From Podarcis bocagei (taxonomy: Eukaryota): 64,000 nt of DNA. A program made the translations under genes and the position numbers. Each line of letters starts with the position of its first letter. The stretch's first letter is position 1. Under the pieces are notes generated by a model that saw only the letters and a program-made list of their open reading frames with translations, ran no database searches and was not told where the DNA came from. Location of the stretch: the NCBI GenBank assembly GCA_964188305.1, contig OZ076888.1; one strand, given 5' to 3'. Below are positions 36,241 to 47,720 of the stretch, one piece after another.

Positions 36241-37892
36241 ATAAAAACATAACAAAACATTAAACATTTAAAAAGTTGCCTGTACAGGGTTGCCTTCAGA
36301 TGTCTTCTAGATCGCTGTGGTTCGGGGGATTCATATTGTCCAAAGGGAAAGTGGGACGTTATGGGATTGAATCAGAAACCGGGACAGCTTCTGTAAATCC
36401 GGAACTGTCCCTGAAAAATAGGGACACTTGGAGGGTCTGCAGACATTGCAGATTGAACCTGGGATCTTCTACATGCAAAGCAGAGATGGTCTTAGAATTG
36501 ATATTTGGCCCTTCCCCATCTGCATCACCCACTGATAATATGCATCCTCTGCAGGTATCACCATGAACATACAAGAAACATTTAATAACCTGGAGAGCAT
36601 TGCACTGGATCCTCAGCATTATTCACCTTCCAAATATATACAACATCCTTGTAGCTACCAGCTTGATGTAAGCCTAATAAATTTTCTGTTAACCATTTCT
36701 TGTTGCCCAGTTTAGTTCTGTTGTTTAATGAAGAACTCACCTGATTCTTTAAAAAAAAAAAAAGACCTTGCAGTTTAAGATTAGAAAAGCTTAAATGCTG
36801 TTACAATTTTAACAGCACTGATAGCAGAAGAAAGTAAATTTTGATTTCAACACGCAAACACACCAAACAAACGCTTTTGGTACTTAACAGCACAAAAAAA
36901 ATTAATTTATGGGTCTTGGGTGTCCCTGCTATTTGTAATGCAAATGCTCTATTTTTAAAAAGCAGCTAAAAATGAGTGCTATTAACTATTCATTTCAAGT
37001 ATCCAAACTTTATTCTAAATGGTTACGCCTGCTAGCTATTGGGAAGAACTTATAAATATGCAATTTAAGCAAAAAAGAAAGAAAGAAATCCCATATAAAA
37101 ATGCACAAGGGGAAAAAACCACACAATAAAAATAGACATTAGGATTCCACTCCTAGCTATTTTCAGCCACCCGATGATTGCTGTTCAATTCCTCCCCCAT
37201 TCTCAGGCAGTGGCACTTAGTTCAGTTTGTTTATGAGGATTTTCCTCCTCATAACAAAATCATTCAAACAGAAATGAAGTAGTCCTAGTAATCAAAGGCC
37301 TGTTTATTGTTCCTTGAAATCAAGGAGCACTCCATTCTTATTCACGCTAGGCTCTGCCAGACAGTTTGGCGAGAGTGGGGGCGAGGGAAAGGTTGAAAAT
37401 AGCTTCCACATGTGAGACTCGGGCAGCTCAGATTTTTAAAAACAACAGCAAAAAAACCAAAATTCTCCTCACTCAAATTGGCAAAACTTGCAAAACTCCA
37501 AAATTACATTCTCGTTTTATTTTGCCCCCAGCTTTATTGTTTATGGATACAGTTGAATTTAGGGATTTTAATGGTGGTGGTGTAGCGGGGACAACATTGG
37601 ACTATATTCAACTAAGTCACATTCAGAATCCATAGATCCATTGCAATCAAAGTACTTGAATTCATCACATCTGCTAATATGGATGGGTCTACTCTGAGTA
37701 AGGCATAGCAAACTGATATTTCTTTAAAAGCACTAGTGGGACTTAAGTTTCTGGGCACAATCCCATTCCAACAGAGTGATCTTGTCTGATTCCATGTGTC
37801 TTGGAATATGAGCTGAGCTCCCATGCAGGGATTTACAAACTCCTAGAGATGTGCTGTGGCTGAAATCCTGTCCTCTAACATGTCTCAGGATT

Positions 37893-38245
37893 GGGACGCG
37901 GGTGGCGCTGTGGTCTAAACCACTGAGCCTAGGGCTTGCCGATCGGAAGGTCAGCGGTTTGAATCCCTGCGAAGGGGTGAGCTCCCGTTGCTCGGTCCCA
38001 GCTCCTGTCAACCTAGCAGTTCGAAAGCACCTCGAAGTGCAAGTAGATAAATAGGTCGGGAAGGTAAACGGCATTTCCATGCGCTGCTCTGGTTCGCCAG
38101 AAGCGGTTTAGTCATGCTGGCCACATGACCTGGAAAAACTGTCTGCGGACAAACGTTGGCTCCCTCGGCCAGTAAAGCAATATGAGCGCCGCAACCCCAG
38201 AGTCGTTCACAACTGGACTTAACTGTCAGGGGTCCTTTACCTTTT
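37893..38245 (+). mobile_element. Sauria SINE, full length
   Basis: GGGACGCGGGTGGCGCTGTGG (A box)...GGTTTGAATCC (B box)...GTGCAAGTAGATAAATAGG...TTTACCTTT. Confidence 0.93.
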
Positions 38246-39137
38246 AGGTCATTATCTTGGGTTTTCAATATCCAAGATATTTCTTTTCATTTTTCACCTA
38301 ACAGAGGCAAGCTACATGTGGAGGCTTTCTAACATTATCTGAAATTTGCCTTACTGGTATGAGACTTGATGAAATATATATAATAGCTACGCTTTGCCTC
38401 AGCCTTAAGGCTGAGAGGTGAACAACGTTAATGTAATTACTTCAAGAATGTTAATTCCCTCCTTGCTGGCCCAGAGAGGAATGAAGATTTCAGTGTCCCA
38501 ATTCAGAAGGGATGGATGATGGCAGGAGACGCACACTGTAGGGTCCCTTATCAGGCATTGGCATCACTGTGGTCTTAGCTTATCACCATGTCTCTGGGGT
38601 CTTGCTCTTCCTTAAAATTCAGCTGAAAAGAAAGGACCAGTTTTGCACTAAATTTCCTCATAAAACTCCACAGGGATGACAACTATCCCAGGGATTTGCC
38701 ATTCATCCAATTCTTAATTACTTCAACAACCTTGTCTTCTGTCACTACTCCTTCAAGAAAGTCCTTTTGCCCTTGGCACAGGGATTTAGTTAAATTCTTC
38801 TGAAGATGTCTTATTATTTCCTCCCTACAGGTCTTACTGAACTAAACAGGGCATTGCAACACGCCTTGAAAAACGCCACAATATCTGTAGTTTTGATTAG
38901 CTGCGTAATGCCCTTTCTAACCTTTAGAAGGGACATTTGCAGCTTTCTTCATTTTGGGGGCCTGCTTTCTGGCCCCAAGCCTGTATGATTTTGCCCCCAT
39001 TTTGTTGAAGGCTCGTTGCAAATCTAGGAGTGCCTTAAGGCATTTGGTTGTGTCATCCTCACCTATAATTTCTTTCTCCTTTACACCATGGAACCCTTTC
39101 TGTAGTGTCACAATTTGAATTGTTTCATTCTTTCTAG

Positions 39138-39410
39138 CAGAGGTGCCAACTTGTGAGGGAGATTGGGAGGGGGCGATGTCATGTGTGTGACAATGTCCCT
39201 TCAGGTTGAAGGAGCCAGGCATGGCTTCAATGGCTGGCAGCTCCACCTCCTAATGCTGTGGCCGCCACATCTTCCACCCTCCTTCTCCTCCACGCAGGAG
39301 GAGGAGCCGGCCACTGAAGTCCTGCTGCCACTGCGTTCCTGGCTCTTCTGACCTCACACAATATTTTTTTTTAACATTGGGGAAGGCCCAAAAGGGAGTT
39401 GGCGCCCCTG
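39138..39410. mobile_element. hAT MITE
   Basis: TIRs CAGAGGTGCCAACT / AGTTGGCGCCCCTG. Perfect TSD CTTTCTAG (39130-39137, 39411-39418). Confidence 0.88.
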
Positions 39411-40074
39411 CTTTCTAGAATCTCAAACCTCTTCTATTATTTTTGTAACTTGCAAAAAAGGAAGGTAGATGGGTGCAATGCTAATGTTATAAATGTGAAA
39501 CAAATGTGTTTGTACAGATGCATATTTCTGTTATTAAAAGTTATTTTATTCAATTATTGAAAAGCAAGCAAATAGTAATCTACCACAGCAACAGAGGCAG
39601 GGATGGAATGGGGCAGGGGTGTTTTGTGCGTGTCTGAGTCCAGCCTATCATCTAGTTGTGTATCTTGGGGTCTCAGTATTTTAGCCTTTTAACTGTGTTC
39701 GGTTCCTTGGGTTGCATTCAACTAACTTATTCAGTGCAGACCCATTGGAGTTATGGACCCGAGTTCATCACGGTCATTAATTTCAGTGGGTTTGCTGTGA
39801 GTAAAAGTTAGTTAAATACAACCCTCAGTACCTAATTGTTTGTTAGTGTCAGAGTAACAGAAAATAATAGAAATATTTTTCAATTTTCAATTTTAATTTA
39901 AATAGTTATTTATTTTGGCTGTGTGTTTAGTTCACCTCTTAACCTGGATGCTGAATGAATGCTGAATGATGGCCCTGCGAGGAACCACAACTTGATATAA
40001 TGTGTTGGTTGCCTCATATCATTGGGTGTTGGGGGCTACCTTAATGAATTAGAACTCCCACCCCTGAACAGAAT

Positions 40075-40262
40075 GGGTGGGGGACGAGGAGACCCAGATT
40101 CAAATCCCTCACTCAGCTACATAGTAACTGGCTTAAGGTCCTGCCGTGAGCACTCTCTCAGCCTAACCTTGCTTCCAGGATTGCCGCGAGGATAAAACCT
40201 GCAGAGAACTTTTGTGCCAGTCTGAGCACGTCAGAGGCTACGTGGGATAAAAATGCAATACA
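40075..40262 (+). mobile_element. Old MIR/CORE-type SINE
   Basis: GGAGACCCAGATTCAAATCCC B-box region and CTCTCAGCCTAACC..CCAGGATTG..G.GAGGATAAAA core remnants. Confidence 0.55.
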
Positions 40263-41321
40263 TAAAATGCAAGCATAACATGTTGAAAGTCACTCCAAGT
40301 AACGGGACTCCAAGTAACGGGACCCCACCTAAAGACCCCCCCCTTTCCCCATATCTTCTTTTGATTGCTCTGCAATATACAAGAGCCTAGCAATTGTAAT
40401 AATAGTTGGAGAAAGGTTAAGGACATATCTAGATCATACCCAGTTTTTTCCCCGTTTAGCTGTAAACAAGTAGTATGGAAAGCATCCCTGGGAGAGGCAG
40501 ATAGCTCTCTCATTTTCTGTTATTCCTGCATCAATGCTCAAAAGCTGGTCAAGCGGAGTGCATGACTTCTTACTGATCCTATGATTGCCTTTATCTACTG
40601 TCTAACATTTTAGGTGGGGGGGGAGAGCAGGCTAAGGCCCCAGACTACAGAGGCTGGATGTGCTGAATGCTTGCATCTGTTGTCGGAATCAAGGTTAAAG
40701 ACCATGCAGGACAAAAATAGGGGATTTGGGATAAATGGTATTTTTTGTAACCGGTGATAAGGACATTAATTCACATGCTCACAGTCCTTATTACATCCTT
40801 TCTCAAAAGGCAAAGCCCTGTGGCCAGCATGTGCTCTCTTCTGGCAACTGCACAGCAACCCAGCAATTCAAGTGAATAATAATCAGGATATTGTGGCTTT
40901 CGCATTATTGTGTTCCTGGCTCAAAAAAGCCTCTCGCTTGAAAGATGTCTCTTATCAGCTTGGATAATTAGCATGCATTCTGCCCACTGCCGCCGTTTGT
41001 TCTTTTTCCTCTTTAGCCGTGAGATTTTAAAAAATTAAGTTTCTGAGGGTCAGACCTGCATGAAATAAAGATGCTGTGTACCCAACCTCAAGTTTCCAAC
41101 CATTATGAAAGGCAACTCAAAAACTGTGGCAAGGCTAGTTCTTTTGTGCCAAGGTGATGGGTGCACCTTAGTTATATAGGGGGTGGCAAATATGGACAAA
41201 TATCTTTTAAAAAATGTTGCCAGCATGGAAAACTCTAGCAGGGGCTATTTCCAGATGTGATGAAGTCAGAGCAACAATAACGCAATACCATCTTATACAG
41301 CAGACAACTGAGGATGAAATA

Positions 41322-42066
41322 CAGTGGTACCTTGGTTTTAGAACAGTTTAGTTTATGGAAAACTTGGAAACAGAACGCTGCAAACCCGGAACTAGGTGTT
41401 CCGGTTTGTGAACTTTGCCTTGGAAGCGGAACATGTTCTGCTTCCTGTTGAGGGTCTTCCATTTGTAAACTGAGTCCCCCGCTGCTAATCAGAGGCTTCC
41501 TGTTGAGTTTGTTGGCTGTTGAGTCCCGAGCACCCACGCAACATGGATGTGATATTTGGAGCTCTTTTTTTTGCTATTTTTTGTGTTTTTGTTTGTGTGG
41601 CTTTTTGACAGTGACTTTTTCTTTGTTTTATGGGACTGGCTTGTGACTTCGTTTTTGTGACTGGCTTGTGACTTCATTTTTGTGACTTGTTTTTGTGACG
41701 GTGTGGAACCCAGCTCAGCTACTGATTGGTTGTGTGACTGCAGAAATGGATAAAAGCTCCCCATCCAAACAATGACTATCATCAGTGCACGTAAAAAATA
41801 ATAATTAATTTTTATAATCTACAATACTGTCTTATTTATTTTATAGTACAGTACATTGATTATTGCTTTCATTTTATGGATCAATTGTCTCATTAGATAG
41901 TAAAATTCATGTTAAATTGCTGGTTTAGGGGTTGTTTTTAAAAGTCTGGAACGAATTAATCCATTTTGAATCCCTTTCAATGGGAAAGCGCTCCTTGGTT
42001 TTGGAACGCTTTGGTTTTGGAACAGACTTCCGGAACTGATTAAGTTTGGGAACCAAGGTACCACTG
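41322..42066. mobile_element. Tigger/pogo-like non-autonomous element (745 bp)
   Basis: Perfect 16-bp TIRs CAGTGGTACCTTGGTT / AACCAAGGTACCACTG. TA TSD. Internal TTTGTGAC repeats. Confidence 0.9.
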
Positions 42067-42961
42067 TAGTCCTTAATAAAAACAAAAGCAGAGTTAGTGG
42101 GAGGGAGGGCAAGGGGAATTAAATTTATCCAATGCTGCACATGTGGAGTTCTGCTTGTACAGTGGAACTTCTCTTTTCCATGACTCCACCCCTCACACCC
42201 CCAAGAACTGTTCTAGAGTATCCCCCTACTTTCCAGAGCAGAGTCTGAGGGTACACAGAGGAGTCCAGGAGAAAAGAGAGGAAGGAAAAGTTCCTTTGCA
42301 TAGGCATCATGAGGCACAACACTACATTTTTTAAAAAATTAAGAATTCTTTATTACAATGAAATAATTAGCATACATACAAGCACTCCAATAATAAACCC
42401 TGAACAGGTCAAATTCTATGCAACATATAAAAATAATTTCTATACTGCCTTTTATGTAAACATCTCAAGACTCTGTACATTAAAACGTACTTACAGAATG
42501 AATTAAATAGCGGTCATTAGTCCAAAACAGAAATAGCAAGTTATTACAGTCAACTGCTATCAATATCCAGCAAAGACCTGACATAATTAAGTTTTTAGCA
42601 GACACTGAGATGCCATAAATGTTGGCACCTGCCTCAATTCATGGCGGGGGGTGTTTCTAAAGAGAAGGCACCACTATCAAAAACATTTCAACATATGCCA
42701 AGCACATTTGAACCCAAAGCTCTTCACCAATGGCCTAACAGAATATCAAACAAATTAAGCACTGATTTCAACTACTACGGGGACAGCTGACAATATCAAT
42801 TTGACACAGGAAGATGAGCTTGAGACCCAGATTAATGAATATAGATGGGCTAGTATGTGGACTCACCTCCCCTTATGAACTGCCTCTGTCAAAATCCAAG
42901 GTGCAGTGCTAAAGACACTCTTTAGATAGCACTGGAGTCTTCCATTCACATCAGCCATATA

Positions 42962-43690
42962 CCGTATTTTTCACTCCATAAGACGCTCCTGACCATAAGA
43001 CGCACCTCGTTTTTAGAGGGGGGAAAGCAAGGGGGGAAATCTGCGCAGAGCATGTAAGCGGCTCTCGCTTTTCTAGCTTTAAAGCAAAGCAAAGCGAGAG
43101 CCGCTTACGTGGCTTCTCTCCCGCTTCGAGCAGCTCTCACTTGACTTGCCCATCCCTCCTCCCGCCTCGCTGTAAAAGAGGAGACAACGACACCGGGACA
43201 GGTGCTTGGCTTGCTTTATAGCGAGGCGGGAGGAGAGATGGGCAAGCAAAGTGAGAGCTGAACAAAGCGGTACAGAAGCCATGTAAGCGGCTCTCGCTTT
43301 GCTTGCTCCCATCCATCCCTCCTCCCACTTCGCTGAGAAGCCCGCAGAGCAAGAGGCGCTGCACAGCTCTTGCTCTTGCACTGCTGCCTTCAGTAGAGCA
43401 GTGCAGCACCTCTTGTTCTGCTGGCTTCCCAGAAAAGCAGGAGGAGGGACAGACAGGAGCCCTTACACGGACCCCCTTCTGTCCCTCTTCCCGCTTTGCT
43501 GCGAAGCCAGCAGAGCAAGAGCAACAGACGGGAGCTATGGCTCCAGCTGCGGAGGCATCTCTCAGCTCGTGACTGCAGCGGTAGCCAAGGGATCCCTCTG
43601 CTGTCCAGTGCATTCGCTCCATAGACGCACAGACATGTCCCCTTAATTTTTAGGAGGAAAAAAGTGTGTCTTATGGAGCGAAAAATACGG
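42962..43690 (+). mobile_element. Tc2/TcMar-like non-autonomous element (729 bp) with GC-rich interior
   Basis: TIRs CCGTATTTTTCACTCCATAAGAC / GTCTTATGGAGCGAAAAATACGG. TA TSD. Same subtermini as 27574-27992. Confidence 0.9.
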
Positions 43691-44163
43691 TAGTTTCACC
43701 CTTCTGATGGCAGGGCTGTAAAACCGTAGGTTCTTTTTTACATATGTGGTGGGTGGGTGCACTGGTCAAAAACTTTTGGGATATTGTTTTGGATAAAATT
43801 TCTGATATAACCAGACAAACAATCCCCTCCATCGCAGCATTTGCTGTCTTATCCTTCACTGAGCAAGTGGAAGCAAGATTTATAAGAACCAAGTAATACT
43901 GCTTCATGGAAACATGAAGGCAGTCTCTCTTTAGAGAGATGGATGGCCAAAGACTAGGGCATGGCCTTATCTGAAAAGTTAATGCAGCACAGCAGGATAG
44001 TGTGTGGCCTTTTTCGCCATGGGAAATTTGACAGTATAGGGTATACCTTCATCACATATATCAACAGATCTCTTTCATTGTTTTCTGCCCCCCTTACCCA
44101 CATTTCATTCTGGCAAAGTTCCATAAGATGAGCAGACACAGTGATTTAGCCTTAGACATCCCT

Positions 44164-44408
44164 TAGGGTTGCCATATTTCAAGAGGTAAAAATCCAGACA
44201 CAAAAGGTTGCTGAGCTTTCCTAGGGCAATCACCCAATTGCCTCACCGCCAAGCCAGAGCCCGAAACTGAGCTGCCCGGGGACATTTAACACAAATCAAA
44301 TCCATAATCCAAGATATTTGCTTTCAAATATAAAATTCTCCCTGGGTGGGCATATAGGACCCCCAAAAGAGGACATGTCAGGGAATCCCCAGACACATGG
44401 CAACCCTA
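44164..44408. mobile_element. hAT-Blackjack-like MITE
   Basis: Perfect 12-bp TIR TAGGGTTGCCAT / ATGGCAACCCTA. GGACA subterminal motifs. TSD not evident. Confidence 0.7.
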
Positions 44409-46167
44409 CCTTTACTCTTCAGCATAATGCGTATTAAGTTAAGGCAGAGCTCTTTACTGTTTGTAATTCTGCTTACCTTTACAGTCCAGTCTCAACTGCA
44501 TTCATTTTAATACATGATTTACTTGCTTCTTTTATTGGGAAAAAAACCACAAAAAGGAAAGAAAGAAATTAAGCATGGACAATCAGTAAGACAGACAGAC
44601 CCTTCTAGGATAGGTGTTGGCTTTGACTCTTTCACATAACCCTTTCAGCCTCTGTTGAGTCCTATCTCCATGGATGCAGCACTTCTACCCAAGAATCTTA
44701 AGACAGAGGAAATGCTGAGAAAGTTTGAATTGCCGAGAAGGGTGAACCGGGTCACAGTGGAATTGAAGTCCAGACTTCCACAACATCACTGGCCCCATCT
44801 ACACCGAGTGAGGGAGAACTGATAAGTGATGGGATGGCCAGCTGCAAGTATAATGCAACAAGCCAGACTATCTCATGGATTGCACAGGTGCTGCCTATAA
44901 GGACCAATGATTCTGGAAAAAAACCCTGAAGGAGTTGCCAAGTTAGACAATGTGGTCGTTAATTTTTAGAGGGGGGGGTCCTTCCTTCCTTCCTACCTTG
45001 CTGCAACATTTGCAAACTTCAGATTTTGATTGTCAGTTATTGCATATGGCACTTCCTCCCCATCCATCTCTTCGAGGGTCACAGTCTAAATCCTTGGAGA
45101 GAAATCTTACTAGATAATTAGGTAGATGTGCGATCAGCTGTGCAAGAGTCCATCACACATGTTTATGAAGCCTTAAATTATATATTTTAAAACCCACAAA
45201 ACTGATTGTTTTAGGTCCCATCTGCAGTTATCCAGTCGGAAATAAATGACAAGTACCTGATTTTTGCTTTCTCCTGGCTCAGCTTTCAAGAGGGGGCCCT
45301 TGCCATTCCCACCCTCAGTATGTACACAAACATACAGCCCCATATATTATGGGATAGGGTAGTTGTCTCTTCTCTGAGAGACATTTGTGTCATCTGGTTT
45401 ATGGGACTCCTGTGAATTATCTGGCAGGCAATGTGGTAATTGAATATTTAGACTAACTAGGTTACATTCTCTTGTGGTCTAGCAAGCATTTATTTTGCTG
45501 ATGTCTTGAAGAGTTTTTTAATGCTGCAAGAAAAAACCCACCGTTGCATCAGAATCAACAGTCTAAGTGGAGTTGCAGAGAGATTTTTGGGTGTTTGTGA
45601 ACTTTCTAGTGATAGAAATATAGCTTGAGAGGTACCTGAGATATAGGAGCCTTGAAGATCCCTAAAGACACACTAAATTCCAAGTCTCTCTACCATGGGG
45701 AGGGAATCGATAATACTCTGGTTTATGAAGGACAGGGTGATTAATGAAACAGAAAATGAGTCACTTCTTTTATTCACTTAGCCTACAGTCCTGCACACAG
45801 TTTGTCTGCTTAAATCCATCTGAAGTCATTGGAAGTTTAAAAACCCAACGGTATGCAGGGCTGCAGCCACAGATTGTTTTGGATCATTTGAAATCAAAAG
45901 GAAATAATTTCCAAAAGGTCCAGTTTGATTCTGCATCACAGCAGCCATCACCAATATCAGAATCTGTAGGGGACTCATAGAATCATACAATGCAGGAATC
46001 TCAACATGCGGTCTCCCATCCAATTCAAAACCATACCAGGCCCTGCTTAGCTTTGCAAATTCAGCAACAGTTTTATTGCTGCACCACTATGAGAACACAG
46101 AGAAGAATAAACTAGAGATTTTGAGCTTAATCTTCACGGGTATGATATAGTTCCACTTGATACTAGC

Positions 46168-46502
46168 CAGAGGCTCCAGCTTGTGAGCACGTTGGGGAGG
46201 CCAATATCACACACGTCAAGATGTTGGGAAGGGCTAGAGGCTGGGCCAAACGTGGCAGCCATGTGGCGTCAACGGTTGGCAGCTCCTCCTGGTGCCATCA
46301 CCGGGAGGAGGCTGCTTCGACCTTCCTTCCCCTCCAGAGCAGCAGGAAGCAATGGAGCCAGCCACTAGAGCCACACTACGCCATGCTCGGCTCTGTGCTT
46401 CGCCTCAGTGCCTTTGAGACATTGGGGAGGGGGTGGTCCCAACCCCCCCCCCAAAATTGAAGAAGCCCAAAAGGGCTCAGTCCCCAGGAGCTGGTGCCTC
46501 AG
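46168..46502. mobile_element. hAT MITE, same family as 39138-39410
   Basis: Ends CAGAGGCTCCAGCT / AGCTGGTGCCTCAG. TSD ATACTAGC / ATATTAGC. Confidence 0.78.
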
Positions 46503-46713
46503 ATATTAGCACAAAACTGGGCTCCACATTGGCGTAGAATTTGATGGCTACCACAAGCATTAATGTACACAGTCTGAGTGAAATGTTGTGCTTGGGAAAG
46601 GAGACCATTTTGAGGTAGGTGCCAGACTTTTCAATTGCCCAAGAAGCAATTTGGAGATCCATGGGGGCAGTTGCTGGATTCTCTCTCACACAGAGACTGG
46701 CTCATGGTCCCAT

Positions 46714-46893
46714 GGGGAAGGGCTGTATCTCAGAGGGAGAGCACCTGCCAAGTTCAATCCCAGGCACCTCCACGTAGGACTGGGAATGTCCCCTGTCCAA
46801 AATCCTGGATTGCCACTGCTAGTCAGTATAGACAGTACAGACCACAAGGTGGGTAATAGGTCAACTCAATATAAGGCAGTTTCCTGTGCTCCT
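46714..46893 (+). mobile_element. tRNA-Ala-headed SINE
   Basis: GGGCTGTATCTCAG...AGTTCAATCCCAGGCACCTCCA...TATAAGGCAGTTTCCT. Confidence 0.7.
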
Positions 46894-47572
46894 ATTTCTT
46901 ACATGAACAATCATTCCCTGGAAAAGTGGGGAAAGAATTCATCTCCTTTCAGGCTAATTTCTTAGGAATTATGACAGAGAAAGCTAAGACAGAAATCCTC
47001 TCACGTGGAAATGCATGATTCCATCAATATCAAGCCTTAGTATTTGTCTACACTCTTCAGCAACCACCTCCCCCCATTTTCCCATTCTATTTTCCCATTT
47101 CTCATTCTATTTACAAGCTATAATATTTTTCTGTAATGAGTTTATTCCATTTATTTCCAGGAAATCATAATACTAAATAAATATAATTGAACTGGATGTG
47201 TATAAAGCAAAAGGAAGATATTAAAATTGGATAAAATAAAGTGAGTTAAATACAACTGCGGTTTAAAATGCTTCATGGTTTTGAGCATGGTTATTGTTTA
47301 CCAGATATGCAAACATAACCAGTGGATTAATTTTATCATATTTATTTCCCAGGAGAAAGATATTCTTTTCTGCAATGGAAATTTAACATCAGAGGATAGA
47401 TTTACTTCAGAGTCTGGTACACAACTGAAAACTATACAAAGATCCTCAATTATACCAAGTGAATAAAACAATAGAAACTATTGTTTGTCAGGAGATACAG
47501 ATACGTGTATTATATAACCTGACACTGTAGTCTAAAGGCATAAAAAATATACACTGGAATATCAACATCCTC

Positions 47573-47720
47573 ATCATAGAATCACAGAATCAGAGTTGGG
47601 ATGTCTGCAAGGATAATCTAGTCCAACCCCTGGCAATGCATAAGCCTTGGTTTCCAGACCCTTGATCATCTTGATCACTTTCTTCTACACACATTCCAGT
47701 TTGTCAATATCCTTCTTAAA
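47573..47720 (-). mobile_element. CR1-type 3' end and fragment
   Basis: TCATAGAATCACAGAATC tail (reverse complement) followed by ATCTAGTCCAACCCC. Confidence 0.55.

Larger units (their letters stand above)
35587..36439 (-). mobile_element. Composite GGGAC-rich DNA element containing a LINE 3' tail and further nested insertions
   Basis: GAAAATAGGG(A/G)C motif at both ends. L2-like tail split between 35630-35716 and 36241-36310. Confidence 0.55.

Noticed and set aside
38460-38770. Possible old CR1 internal fragment
   Set aside because: Too degenerate to support by eye.
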